This document shows, piece by piece, positions 51,541 through 59,863 of a stretch of 64,000 nucleotides of DNA; within the stretch, counting starts at the first letter, position 1, and each line of letters starts with the position of its first letter. The position numbers and the translations under genes were made by a program. The notes under the pieces were generated by a model. It was given only the letters and a program-made list of their open reading frames with translations. It was not told the origin of the DNA and did not search any database. Source of the stretch: Candidatus Latescibacterota bacterium (GTDB lineage: Bacteria; Latescibacterota; UBA2968; UBA8231); assembly GCA_965221775.1 (NCBI GenBank), contig CBDCSU010000006.1, positions 192,001-256,000 of the forward strand, given 5' to 3'.

Positions 51541-53682
51541 TCATACCCAGGCGAAGACCCAGTTGTTGGTCTTGCCGGTGAAGTAGTCGATGATCAGCCA
51601 GAGACCCATGGTCAGCATCTGGCCGGCGATCATCCCCAGGAACACCCCCTGGGTGCGGCGGTAGAGGTTGACGCCTCCGTAACGGAGAACGATGACCTTG
51701 ATGAGCCAGGCGATGAAGACGCTGGTGATGGTGTAGTACATGAGGTCCACGGCGGCGATGGGGAAGCCGATCGGGTGCAGGGGCCACCACGGCAGGCGCT
51801 GGCGGGCCAGGTACAGCAGGGCCATGATGCCGCCGCCGCCGAAGAGGAAGCCCATGCCCGGCCAGTAGACGCCGGCGGGCTCGAGGTTGCGCACGGCGCT
51901 GTCGTAGGCCTTGGCCGGTCCCAGGTTGAAGAACCAGATGTCGAGGTTGACCCCGCCGTAGCGGTAGGCGACGTGGAAGATCATCCAGAACGAGCCCAGC
52001 GTCCCGATCAGGAGGGCCAGGATGAGAGCCAGGAAGACCAGCCGCCGGCTGCGCGCGTCCATGTCCTCGATCAGCTTGAGGGCGTTGGTGCAGGTCGCCA
52101 TGGCGAAGCAGCGGACCGCCTGGTTGGCCCAGATGTAGGCCATGGACAGGTTGAAGACGCCGGTGGGGCCGACGAGAGAGGATCCGAGACCGAGGATGAC
52201 GAAGTCGGGGGCGTTGACGGGCGTCCGCAGGGTCGCCAGCCCGGCTTCGGCGATGATCCGCGTGATGCCGATGAAGATCGCCATGGCCAGGACGATGAAG
52301 AGCAAGGAGACCCACAGCGGCGTACCCATGATCCACAGCCACGCGGTCATGACCGCGATCCCCCCGAGGGCGCCGATGACGGCGCCGCGGTAGGAGAGGA
52401 TCTCGTCCCGGTCGTCGACGCCGGGCGCCCGGCCCAGGGCCTTGAGCCAGACCGCCTTCAGGTGCTCGCGGGCGGTCCACAGCACCACCGCCACCAGCAC
52501 CAGCAGGGCCCCCAGCCCCTCGTAGCCGACCAGGGGGGCGTCGTGCACGCCCGAGATCACCTGCTCCGACTTGATCCCGGCAGTGGCCAGCAGGCTCTTC
52601 TGGACCCGGCCGAGGAGGTAGAACACCCACAGGCTGCCGGATATCCTCGTGTCGATGAGGTAGGCGAAGCCGGTGAGGGCGAAGTCGACCTTGCCGGAGG
52701 CGTAGGGCATGGGCAGGCGCAGCAACACCATCGGTATGGAGGAGTCGTAGTTCGACATCGCCCTGAAGCTGCCGGCGAACAAGGGGACGGCCATGCCGAT
52801 CCACACCGACCGGCGCTTGAAGAAGCCGTTCACCAGGCCCTGCTCGTCCTCGCCGCGGATCATGGCCAGACCGGCCTGGGCGACCGGGTAGCTCAGGCGT
52901 TCCCGCTCCATCCACTGGCGCCGCAGGATCACGGCGATGGAGATCATGCAGACGTACAGGGCCAGCAGGAAGACCGCCCACCACATGAGCGGCTCGACCC
53001 AGGCGCCGTAGGGGATGCTCTGGCCGGGCCGGGAGATGCCCTCGTAGAACAGGGCGTTCCCGGCGCCGTCGTCGACCAGGATCCTGTGCTCGGGGAAGTG
53101 GGGGAAGAGCTTCTCCCGCCACTGGTTCTCCGGCGAGGCGTAGTAGAAGACGGCGGTGAGAGAGGGCAGGATCAGCTCGGTGAGGCCCATGGTGCACACC
53201 GCCGAGACCATGGCCAGCATGGCATAGACCATGATCAGGTCGGCCCGGTTGAGGGCCAGGCTGCGGCCGCACCACGCCAGCGGCACGCTGGCGATGGCGC
53301 AGATCAGCGCGAAGGTGGAGAAGATCAGTCCGGGCGAATGCACGTCGACGCCGCTCAGGGGCCAGCAGGCCCAGAGCCAGGCGGCCCCCAGGGCGGCGGC
53401 GAAGGAGAGGGCCGACGCCTTGCTGCGCGCCGCCAGCTTGAAGGCGAGGTTGAGGAACCCGATGAGGACGACGAAGACGAAGATCGCCCCCGGGGTGCTG
53501 ATGTCGGCGGCCACGTAGGCGCCCTTGATGACCATGTTGCTGTAGGGGGCGCCGATGGCGAGGAAGAAGCTGAGGAAGCTCCCCACGAAGAACCCCCGCC
53601 ACGTCAGGCGGTGGCGCGACTCGAGGAGGGGCTCGGAGCGCGACCGCAGGTGCCGGCGGTAGACCCGGGGCATCGCCTTCAC
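51541..53682 (-). CDS. Polytopic membrane protein, DUF6785/DUF6784-type (OPT-like permease), copy B
   Basis: Same motifs as copy A and colinear with it; GTG start at 53682 with GAGGT RBS. Confidence 0.75.
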   Translation of the reverse strand: MKAMPRVYRRHLRSRSEPLLESRHRLTWRGFFVGSFLSFFLAIGAPYSNMVIKGAYVAADISTPGAIFVFVVLIGFLNLAFKLAARSKASALSFAAALGAAWLWACWPLSGVDVHSPGLIFSTFALICAIASVPLAWCGRSLALNRADLIMVYAMLAMVSAVCTMGLTELILPSLTAVFYYASPENQWREKLFPHFPEHRILVDDGAGNALFYEGISRPGQSIPYGAWVEPLMWWAVFLLALYVCMISIAVILRRQWMERERLSYPVAQAGLAMIRGEDEQGLVNGFFKRRSVWIGMAVPLFAGSFRAMSNYDSSIPMVLLRLPMPYASGKVDFALTGFAYLIDTRISGSLWVFYLLGRVQKSLLATAGIKSEQVISGVHDAPLVGYEGLGALLVLVAVVLWTAREHLKAVWLKALGRAPGVDDRDEILSYRGAVIGALGGIAVMTAWLWIMGTPLWVSLLFIVLAMAIFIGITRIIAEAGLATLRTPVNAPDFVILGLGSSLVGPTGVFNLSMAYIWANQAVRCFAMATCTNALKLIEDMDARSRRLVFLALILALLIGTLGSFWMIFHVAYRYGGVNLDIWFFNLGPAKAYDSAVRNLEPAGVYWPGMGFLFGGGGIMALLYLARQRLPWWPLHPIGFPIAAVDLMYYTITSVFIAWLIKVIVLRYGGVNLYRRTQGVFLGMIAGQMLTMGLWLIIDYFTGKTNNWVFAWV

Positions 53683-53744
53683 GCGAGGCACCTCGGCAGG
53701 TGGGGGGCGGAGTCGGCCGCGCCGGCCATGGCCACCAAGGGACG

Positions 53745-56700
53745 TCAACCTTCCCCGGCGGCGGCCGCGGCAGCGCTCTCCGCCAGCATCCCCTCGGCCG
53801 CCTTCCGGTGATGGGCCCTGGCCTCCTCGGTGAACGTGTGCCACAGCAGGAACTGCTTCCGCAGGGTGTTCATGAAGCCCTGGTTGAGCCGCCGCCACGA
53901 CGCCGTCTCGCCGCTGACCCGCTCGATGAAGACCTCCACCTGGTAGATGGCGGCCGCCGGGGAGGGCACGAAGTCGAGCTGCAGGTACTGGCTCACCCCC
54001 TTGTCGAAGGGGGCCAGCCAGGTCAGCATCTGCAGGGAGTACTCGCGAGCGCCGGCCTCCCCCCCGGTGACGAGGCGCACCTTCTCGGCGCAGAAGTCGC
54101 CGATGGAATCCTCGTTGGAAGACTCGAACCAGCCGGCCAGGAACCCGCTCAGCCCCCGGACCTCGCCGGTGCCCACGGCAAAGGGGAAGTCGAACTCCCA
54201 GCGGTCGCCCTCCGGCGCCGGCGGCACCCAGCGCCGCACCGTGTCCGGCACCGCCCTGGCGGCGGCGACTCGCGCCGGGTAGAGGGTCGACAGCAGGACC
54301 AGGGCCATGACCATGAGGGCCGCGGTGACCGCCGCCGTGGAGGAGTAGTTCAGGTCCATGCCCTGCACCAGCCCGAGGCCCAGCAGCAGCTTGGCCGACC
54401 CCTGGCCCAGGAGGTATCCGAGGGTGACGCCGAGAACGGCGTAGACACAGGCCTCGGCCACGAAGAGCAGGGCGATGTGCATCGGCGCCAGCCCCACGGA
54501 GGAGTAGACGCCGATCTCCCGGAGACGCTCGTACACGGCGCCCAGCATGGTGTTGAGGACGATGAGGGCGGCGATGACGATGGGCACGAGCAGCGCCGCG
54601 AGTCCTTCCACCGCCGTCAGGCCCACGGAGGTGTAGGAGGAGACCTCCAGCTCGCCCGTCCCGGGGTCGCGGAGGCTGGCGAAGAGGGTGGCCGCCACGC
54701 GCGTCAGGAAGCCCTCGAGCAGGGGCCGGCCGTCGGCAGTCTCGTCGAAGCGGACGCCGACGGAGCGCAGGGTGCCGCCGGCGACCCACACGGCGCCGTA
54801 GGGCACGATCAGGACGTTGTCGGCCGCCATGTGGAGGAAGGGCTCGATCCGGTCCGGACCCGCTTCCTCCTCGATCTCCATGGAGACCCTTTCCCGGCCC
54901 CCGGGCAGCCCCACCTCGCCGCTCTGGAAGTCGGCCGGCGTGAGCGGCTCGGCGTCGAGATCGCGGATCGCGGCCAGCCGGCCGGCGTCGACGATGCCGC
55001 CGACCACGAGGTCCCGGCCGAAGACGCGAACCGCGGCCCGGCCCACGTCGTCCACGCCGATGCCGAGGGCCGCGGCCATCCTCTCGGGAAGGAGGCACGT
55101 GCTCTCGTCGACCGTCTCGAAGAACCGGCCGGCCACCAGGGCTTCGTCGATGCCGGTGACCCGCGTCTCCTGCGGCGACAGTCCGAGCAGGCCGGCGGCG
55201 AGCGTCGCGCCCGCCGGCCCCTGGACCTCGATGTAGCTCTTCGGCTTGCCCGCCTCGGCCACCAGCCAGTTGCGCGGACTCACCACGCCATGGCCGGAGA
55301 AGTGGGAGCGGACGTAGTCCAGGGTCGGGGGCGACAGCTCCTTCCAGCCGGGGTGGCGGATCAGGACGCCCTCGTAGCGGGCCTCGTGGGCGGTGGGGAA
55401 GGCGAGGAAGGCGAGCTGTTGCCGGAAGGAGGTGAAGGAGAGGACGGTGAAGGTGAGCAGGGTCAGCGTCACCAGGGTCAGAGTCGTGCGCAGCTTGCGG
55501 CGCCGCATGTTGGAGATGCCCAGCATGAAGGCGGCGTAGGAGGCGCTGAGGCGGTTGATGTCGGCGCGGCGCACCTGGGAGGCGCGGGCCTGGAACTCCT
55601 CCACGTAGTGGTTGAAGCGCGAGAAGATCATGGCGCAGACGAAGACGGCCATGGCCATGATGGCGAAGGCCAGGAGGATGATCGCCGGGTGGGCGATGTC
55701 GAAGGCCGGATGCACCTGGGAGATGGCGGCCCAGACGATCGCCATGATCAGGGCGAAACCGGACAGCTGCCAGCGGATGTCGGCGGCGGCGAAGATCAGG
55801 CGCTCGCCGAAGAAGGCGGCCGGCAGCACCAGGGCGAGGAAGAACACGAGCCCCTTGATGACGTCGTTCAGGGTCGCCGTCACGTCCGGGTAGGCCCGCG
55901 AGGTGACTCCCCGGGCGGCCCGCACCCCGGCCATGAAGGCGTCCCACTCCCGCCTCTCGGCCGCGGCCCCGGCCTGGTCGATCAGCTCGCGGCCGTGGGC
56001 GTGCAGCGCCGCCAGCCGCGGATTCTCGATGGCGTGGTCGCGCATCGCCGCCAGGCGCTCGTCGTTGATCCGCCACATGTCCCGCACCGCCAGGTAGTCG
56101 GTGCGCTCCAGGGGATCCCGGCCGACCACGTACCCGGTGCCGCGCGGGTCGGTGCGGCTGTTGGTGAGGATCATGCTGTCCGACATGAGGTACACGAGGC
56201 TGTCGCCGGCGGCGGCGAAGGCCACCGCCACCGGCTCCAGGACGCCCTCGCCCTTCGCCACGCCGTACTCCTTGGGCGCCACGCCCGTGTGGGTCGCGAC
56301 CCGGATCGGCCCGACGGCCGTGAGGGACCGGGGGTCGACGAGGCCGTAGAAGGGCCGCGGCACGCAGGGGAAGACGACGAGGGTCTTGTGCTCGCCGGCG
56401 AAGCGGATGGCCTGGGCCAGCCTCTGGCCGTGGTGTCTCCGGGCGCGCTCGCCGCTGTCGGGGGCGTAGACGATGCCGCCGGTCTCGGGGTCGAGGACGT
56501 AGGCGCTCACCGGCACGGCCCCGAGGGGCAGGCCGGGGATCACGGCGCTGCCGTTGCCGTCGGCCAGGTGGAAGCGGAAGGCGCGCACGCCCTTGTGGGG
56601 CTTGAAGCCCAGCTCGGCCCGCCGCCCGGCGCCGGCCCCCAGGGCGACGATGGCCCCCTCGACGACCCGGTCGGGGACCTGGCTGCGGCGCGGGAAGGCG

Positions 56701-58136
56701 CGCACGTCGACCCGGAAGGTGCGCAGCTCGTCCTCGAGGACCGGGCCGAACTCCTCCAGGTCGGCCAGCAGCCGGGGATCGTCGAAGGCCCGGGTCAGGA
56801 TCTGGTTGAGGAAGGCGCTCTGCCGGGACAGGTTGTCGAAGTCGACCCGCTGCGGCCGGTCCAGGGGCGTGTCGACGACGAAGCGGCCGTCGCCGATGGT
56901 GACGAAGGAGAGGGCCACGAGCCCCGCGGCCATGGCCACCTGGCCGTCCACGGTGACTCCCCCCGGCACGTAGGTCGACCAGTCGAGGCCCTTGTGGGGA
57001 CTGATGCCGTTGACCAGGGCGCGCTCCGCCCGGCGCCCCAGTCGCGGCGCCGCCTCCTCGGCGTAGGCGGTGAAGGCGCGGCCGAAGGGAACGTAGAACC
57101 GCTTGATGTCGTAGCGGTCGGTGTTGTTCCAGAGGCCGATGCGGTCGCTGCCGCTGGTCAGGTCCAGGCCGATGAAGAGATCCGGATTCAGGGGCTTCTC
57201 CATGAGCCCGGCGTAGTCCGGGTGGGTGCGGGCATGGCGGTCGAGGAAGTCGACGATCCCCCGCTGGGCCAGGAAGTGGGCGCCGGCGGCCACCAGGACG
57301 ACGGTCCGCGCCGGCGGGCGGCGCTGGAGATGCCGGGCCAGCTCCAGCAGCGCGGCGATGCCGCCGGCGGTCTCGGCCGAGGGCGCCAGGGCCGGCACGA
57401 TGGAGATGCCGTCGTAGTAGGCCTGGACGACGATCGTCTCCCCGCCGAGCTCGGGGTGGTGACCGGGGATCACGCCCCAGACGTTGCGGCCCTTGCGCGA
57501 GACCCAGTCCATGCGGCTCCCCAGGCGCGCGTCGAGGGGTCCGTCCTCGGCCAGCGCCCTCAGGCGGGCGCCGGCGGCGGCGCCGATCCAGAGCCTGGGT
57601 ATGTCGAGGGGGACGGAGACGAACTTGGCGCCCGCCTCGCGCCCGGAGGTGGCCTGCGGCTCGATGAAGACAATGGCGCGGGCGCCGAGGGAGGCGGCCT
57701 CCAGCCAGCGGTGGCCCGTGTTGAACTCGAGGAGGACGATGCTGCCGGCCAGGTCGAGGCCGGCGTACTCGGACAGGTGCCCTGCCCCGCCGTAGATCAG
57801 GTGCCCGGAGAGCCCGGCCGCCGGCACCGTGGGGGTCCGCACGTGGTTGGGCCACAGGCCGTGGAGGCGGAAGCGCTCGCCCGTGGCGGTGAGGGTGAGG
57901 TCGCCGCCGCGGTCGAGGGGCACGGTGACCGGGTACTCCTCGACGGTGACCTCGCGGACGCCGGCGGCGGCCAAGGCGTCGGCCACGTAGTCGGCGGCCC
58001 GGTCGCTGCCCGGGTAGCCGCTGACCCGGGAGCCGACGGAGGCCATGAACTCCACGGTGGCGCGGATGCCGTCCGCCTCCGCCCGGGCGGCGGCGCACAG
58101 CGCCGGCAGCGTCAGCCAGAGGATCAGCCGTCGCAT
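53745..58136 (-). CDS. 1463-aa fusion: signal peptide + PA/M28-peptidase-like ectodomain + TM bundle + MacB/FtsX permease + cytoplasmic C-terminal domain
   Basis: SRVSGYPG..AADYV, NVWGVIPG, GIAALLELAR (M28 fold); ISNMRRRKLRTTLT and YERLREIGVYSSVGL (FtsX motifs). Confidence 0.78.
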   Translation of the reverse strand: MRRLILWLTLPALCAAARAEADGIRATVEFMASVGSRVSGYPGSDRAADYVADALAAAGVREVTVEEYPVTVPLDRGGDLTLTATGERFRLHGLWPNHVRTPTVPAAGLSGHLIYGGAGHLSEYAGLDLAGSIVLLEFNTGHRWLEAASLGARAIVFIEPQATSGREAGAKFVSVPLDIPRLWIGAAAGARLRALAEDGPLDARLGSRMDWVSRKGRNVWGVIPGHHPELGGETIVVQAYYDGISIVPALAPSAETAGGIAALLELARHLQRRPPARTVVLVAAGAHFLAQRGIVDFLDRHARTHPDYAGLMEKPLNPDLFIGLDLTSGSDRIGLWNNTDRYDIKRFYVPFGRAFTAYAEEAAPRLGRRAERALVNGISPHKGLDWSTYVPGGVTVDGQVAMAAGLVALSFVTIGDGRFVVDTPLDRPQRVDFDNLSRQSAFLNQILTRAFDDPRLLADLEEFGPVLEDELRTFRVDVRAFPRRSQVPDRVVEGAIVALGAGAGRRAELGFKPHKGVRAFRFHLADGNGSAVIPGLPLGAVPVSAYVLDPETGGIVYAPDSGERARRHHGQRLAQAIRFAGEHKTLVVFPCVPRPFYGLVDPRSLTAVGPIRVATHTGVAPKEYGVAKGEGVLEPVAVAFAAAGDSLVYLMSDSMILTNSRTDPRGTGYVVGRDPLERTDYLAVRDMWRINDERLAAMRDHAIENPRLAALHAHGRELIDQAGAAAERREWDAFMAGVRAARGVTSRAYPDVTATLNDVIKGLVFFLALVLPAAFFGERLIFAAADIRWQLSGFALIMAIVWAAISQVHPAFDIAHPAIILLAFAIMAMAVFVCAMIFSRFNHYVEEFQARASQVRRADINRLSASYAAFMLGISNMRRRKLRTTLTLVTLTLLTFTVLSFTSFRQQLAFLAFPTAHEARYEGVLIRHPGWKELSPPTLDYVRSHFSGHGVVSPRNWLVAEAGKPKSYIEVQGPAGATLAAGLLGLSPQETRVTGIDEALVAGRFFETVDESTCLLPERMAAALGIGVDDVGRAAVRVFGRDLVVGGIVDAGRLAAIRDLDAEPLTPADFQSGEVGLPGGRERVSMEIEEEAGPDRIEPFLHMAADNVLIVPYGAVWVAGGTLRSVGVRFDETADGRPLLEGFLTRVAATLFASLRDPGTGELEVSSYTSVGLTAVEGLAALLVPIVIAALIVLNTMLGAVYERLREIGVYSSVGLAPMHIALLFVAEACVYAVLGVTLGYLLGQGSAKLLLGLGLVQGMDLNYSSTAAVTAALMVMALVLLSTLYPARVAAARAVPDTVRRWVPPAPEGDRWEFDFPFAVGTGEVRGLSGFLAGWFESSNEDSIGDFCAEKVRLVTGGEAGAREYSLQMLTWLAPFDKGVSQYLQLDFVPSPAAAIYQVEVFIERVSGETASWRRLNQGFMNTLRKQFLLWHTFTEEARAHHRKAAEGMLAESAAAAAAGEG

Positions 58137-59863
58137 CAGCCCCCGGGCCGCACGGCGCTGCCGCCACCCTCCTGCTGTACCAGCGCTTTCAGGCTCTCTT
58201 CGTGGATCCTGACCCGGGGCTCGTACCGTTTCCGCAGCTGGCCCAGAAACCGGTGGAAGGCCGCATCGCGCTTGCGGCGCAGGACCAGCGCCCGGGCGCG
58301 GGTCTCGACCTCGGCGAAGGGCCGGGGGCCGGCTCCGAGGTTCGACTCGACGACCCTGAACACCGAGTGGCAGCGGTCTCCCGCCGCCCCGGGGGGGGAC
58401 GCCAACCGGGGGGCCGGCACCGCCACTTCGACGGGGCCCAGGAGGTCGCCCGGCGCGGCTCCCTGCGCGGCTTCGAAGAGGGCCTCGTGCGCTGCTCTCT
58501 CGTAGCCATGGAGGTGGAACCTGCCGCTGTCCGGGATGGCCCGGCGCCGCAGGGTGTGCTCCAAAGCCAGGAGCCGCAGATCCTCACCGCCCTCGATCCG
58601 GCGGCGCAGCGCTACCGCCTCCTCGCGTGTGGCCACCAGGACCTCGTCCAGCGTCAGGCTCTCCTGGGGGACGAAGAGCCGCGAGTTCTCGTGGTGGAAG
58701 CGCCGGGCCTCGGCCTCGTCCACGGCGACGTCGCGGGTCACCTCCTTCCGGATGACCCCGATCAGGCGTTCCTGTTCTCTGGCCTGGCGCCAGGCGGCCA
58801 TCTTCGGCTCGCGGTCGATGCCGGCCTCGCGGGCGGCCCTCACCGCCAGCGCGCGGGGAACCAGGACGGACTCGGCGAACCCCCGCAGCTGCCCGCGCAC
58901 ATCTCCGGAGAACCCCCGGTAGTTCTCGCGGGCCGAGTCGACGAACTCCCCCACCGTGATGGCGCCGCCGTCGAACTCGTAGAGCACCGTGGCGCGCTCC
59001 GCCCCGGAGAGCGCTCCGCCGCTCTCCAGACGCGCGGCGAGAAGCTCGAAACCGTCTTCCCGGGGACGCGCGTCCAGGGCCTCCCGCAGTTCCCGGCCCA
59101 GCTCCGTGGACCGGACGCGGGCCTTCTCCCGGTGGAGCCCGGCTTCCACCAGACGCCGCACCCGCTCGAGGGGGACCGTCACCTCCTCCACGACCTGGAA
59201 GACGCCGTAGGAGCCGCCCGGCAGGGGCAGCGGCTCGGAGATCTCACCCTCCCCGAGGGGATAGACCTTTTCCCGCATGACGGGCAGGGGCATCTGGTCC
59301 CTGGTGACGTACCCGGTGTACAGACCCCCCTGGGCCGCCGTCGGACCGTGGACGGAGCGCTGCCTCGCCAGCTCCTCGAAATCGGCGCCGCCCTCGAGGA
59401 GGCGCACGATCTCCTCGGCCTCTTCCCTGCTCCCCACATCGATCCGGCCGCACCTGACGGCGCGGTCTCGTCCGGTCTTCAGGTAGTGGTCGCGGACCTC
59501 CTGCTCCTCGAGGGTGATCTTCGCGTCCACCTCCCGGGCCAGGAACTCCTGCACCAGCCGCCGGGTCCATTCGCGCTCCAGCCCGCGGCGCATGTCGGGG
59601 TCGCGGTCCCATCCCCGCGCCGCCGCCTCCCGCAGGAGGATCTCCTTGTCGATCAGGGCCTGCAGATGCTGCCGCCGGCCTTCGATGCCCGCCTCCCTGG
59701 ACCTCAGGCTCTCGGCCAGGCGCTCCTCGTAGCGGCGCAGGTCGGATGCGTGGATGCGGGAGTCCCCCACCTCGGCCAGCACCGGGCCGCGGGGGTCTGC
59801 CCCGCAACCGGTCAGGACCGCCCCCGCGGCCAGGATCAGCGCCGGTCCGGCAGGTCTCATCAA
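58136..59863 (-). CDS. PpiC/parvulin-type peptidyl-prolyl isomerase lipoprotein (two rotamase domains, SurA/PrsA-like)
   Basis: Lipobox LTGC, EEAEEIVRLLEGGADFEELARQRS, GEISEP; second degenerate parvulin domain (IEGGEDLRLLALEHT). Confidence 0.82.
   Translation of the reverse strand: MMRPAGPALILAAGAVLTGCGADPRGPVLAEVGDSRIHASDLRRYEERLAESLRSREAGIEGRRQHLQALIDKEILLREAAARGWDRDPDMRRGLEREWTRRLVQEFLAREVDAKITLEEQEVRDHYLKTGRDRAVRCGRIDVGSREEAEEIVRLLEGGADFEELARQRSVHGPTAAQGGLYTGYVTRDQMPLPVMREKVYPLGEGEISEPLPLPGGSYGVFQVVEEVTVPLERVRRLVEAGLHREKARVRSTELGRELREALDARPREDGFELLAARLESGGALSGAERATVLYEFDGGAITVGEFVDSARENYRGFSGDVRGQLRGFAESVLVPRALAVRAAREAGIDREPKMAAWRQAREQERLIGVIRKEVTRDVAVDEAEARRFHHENSRLFVPQESLTLDEVLVATREEAVALRRRIEGGEDLRLLALEHTLRRRAIPDSGRFHLHGYERAAHEALFEAAQGAAPGDLLGPVEVAVPAPRLASPPGAAGDRCHSVFRVVESNLGAGPRPFAEVETRARALVLRRKRDAAFHRFLGQLRKRYEPRVRIHEESLKALVQQEGGGSAVRPGG

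Noticed and set aside
37458-53682. Diversity-generating retroelement or invertase-driven variation explaining the paralog differences
   Set aside because: No reverse transcriptase or recombinase is in the window, both copies are full ORFs, and the differences are not adenine-specific.
53683-58167. Apparent 2208-aa ORF fusing a long N-terminal region to permease copy B
   Set aside because: The N-terminal ~1500 aa is Arg/Gly/Pro-rich off-frame translation overlapping the real M28-FtsX gene; homology to copy A begins only at about 53682.
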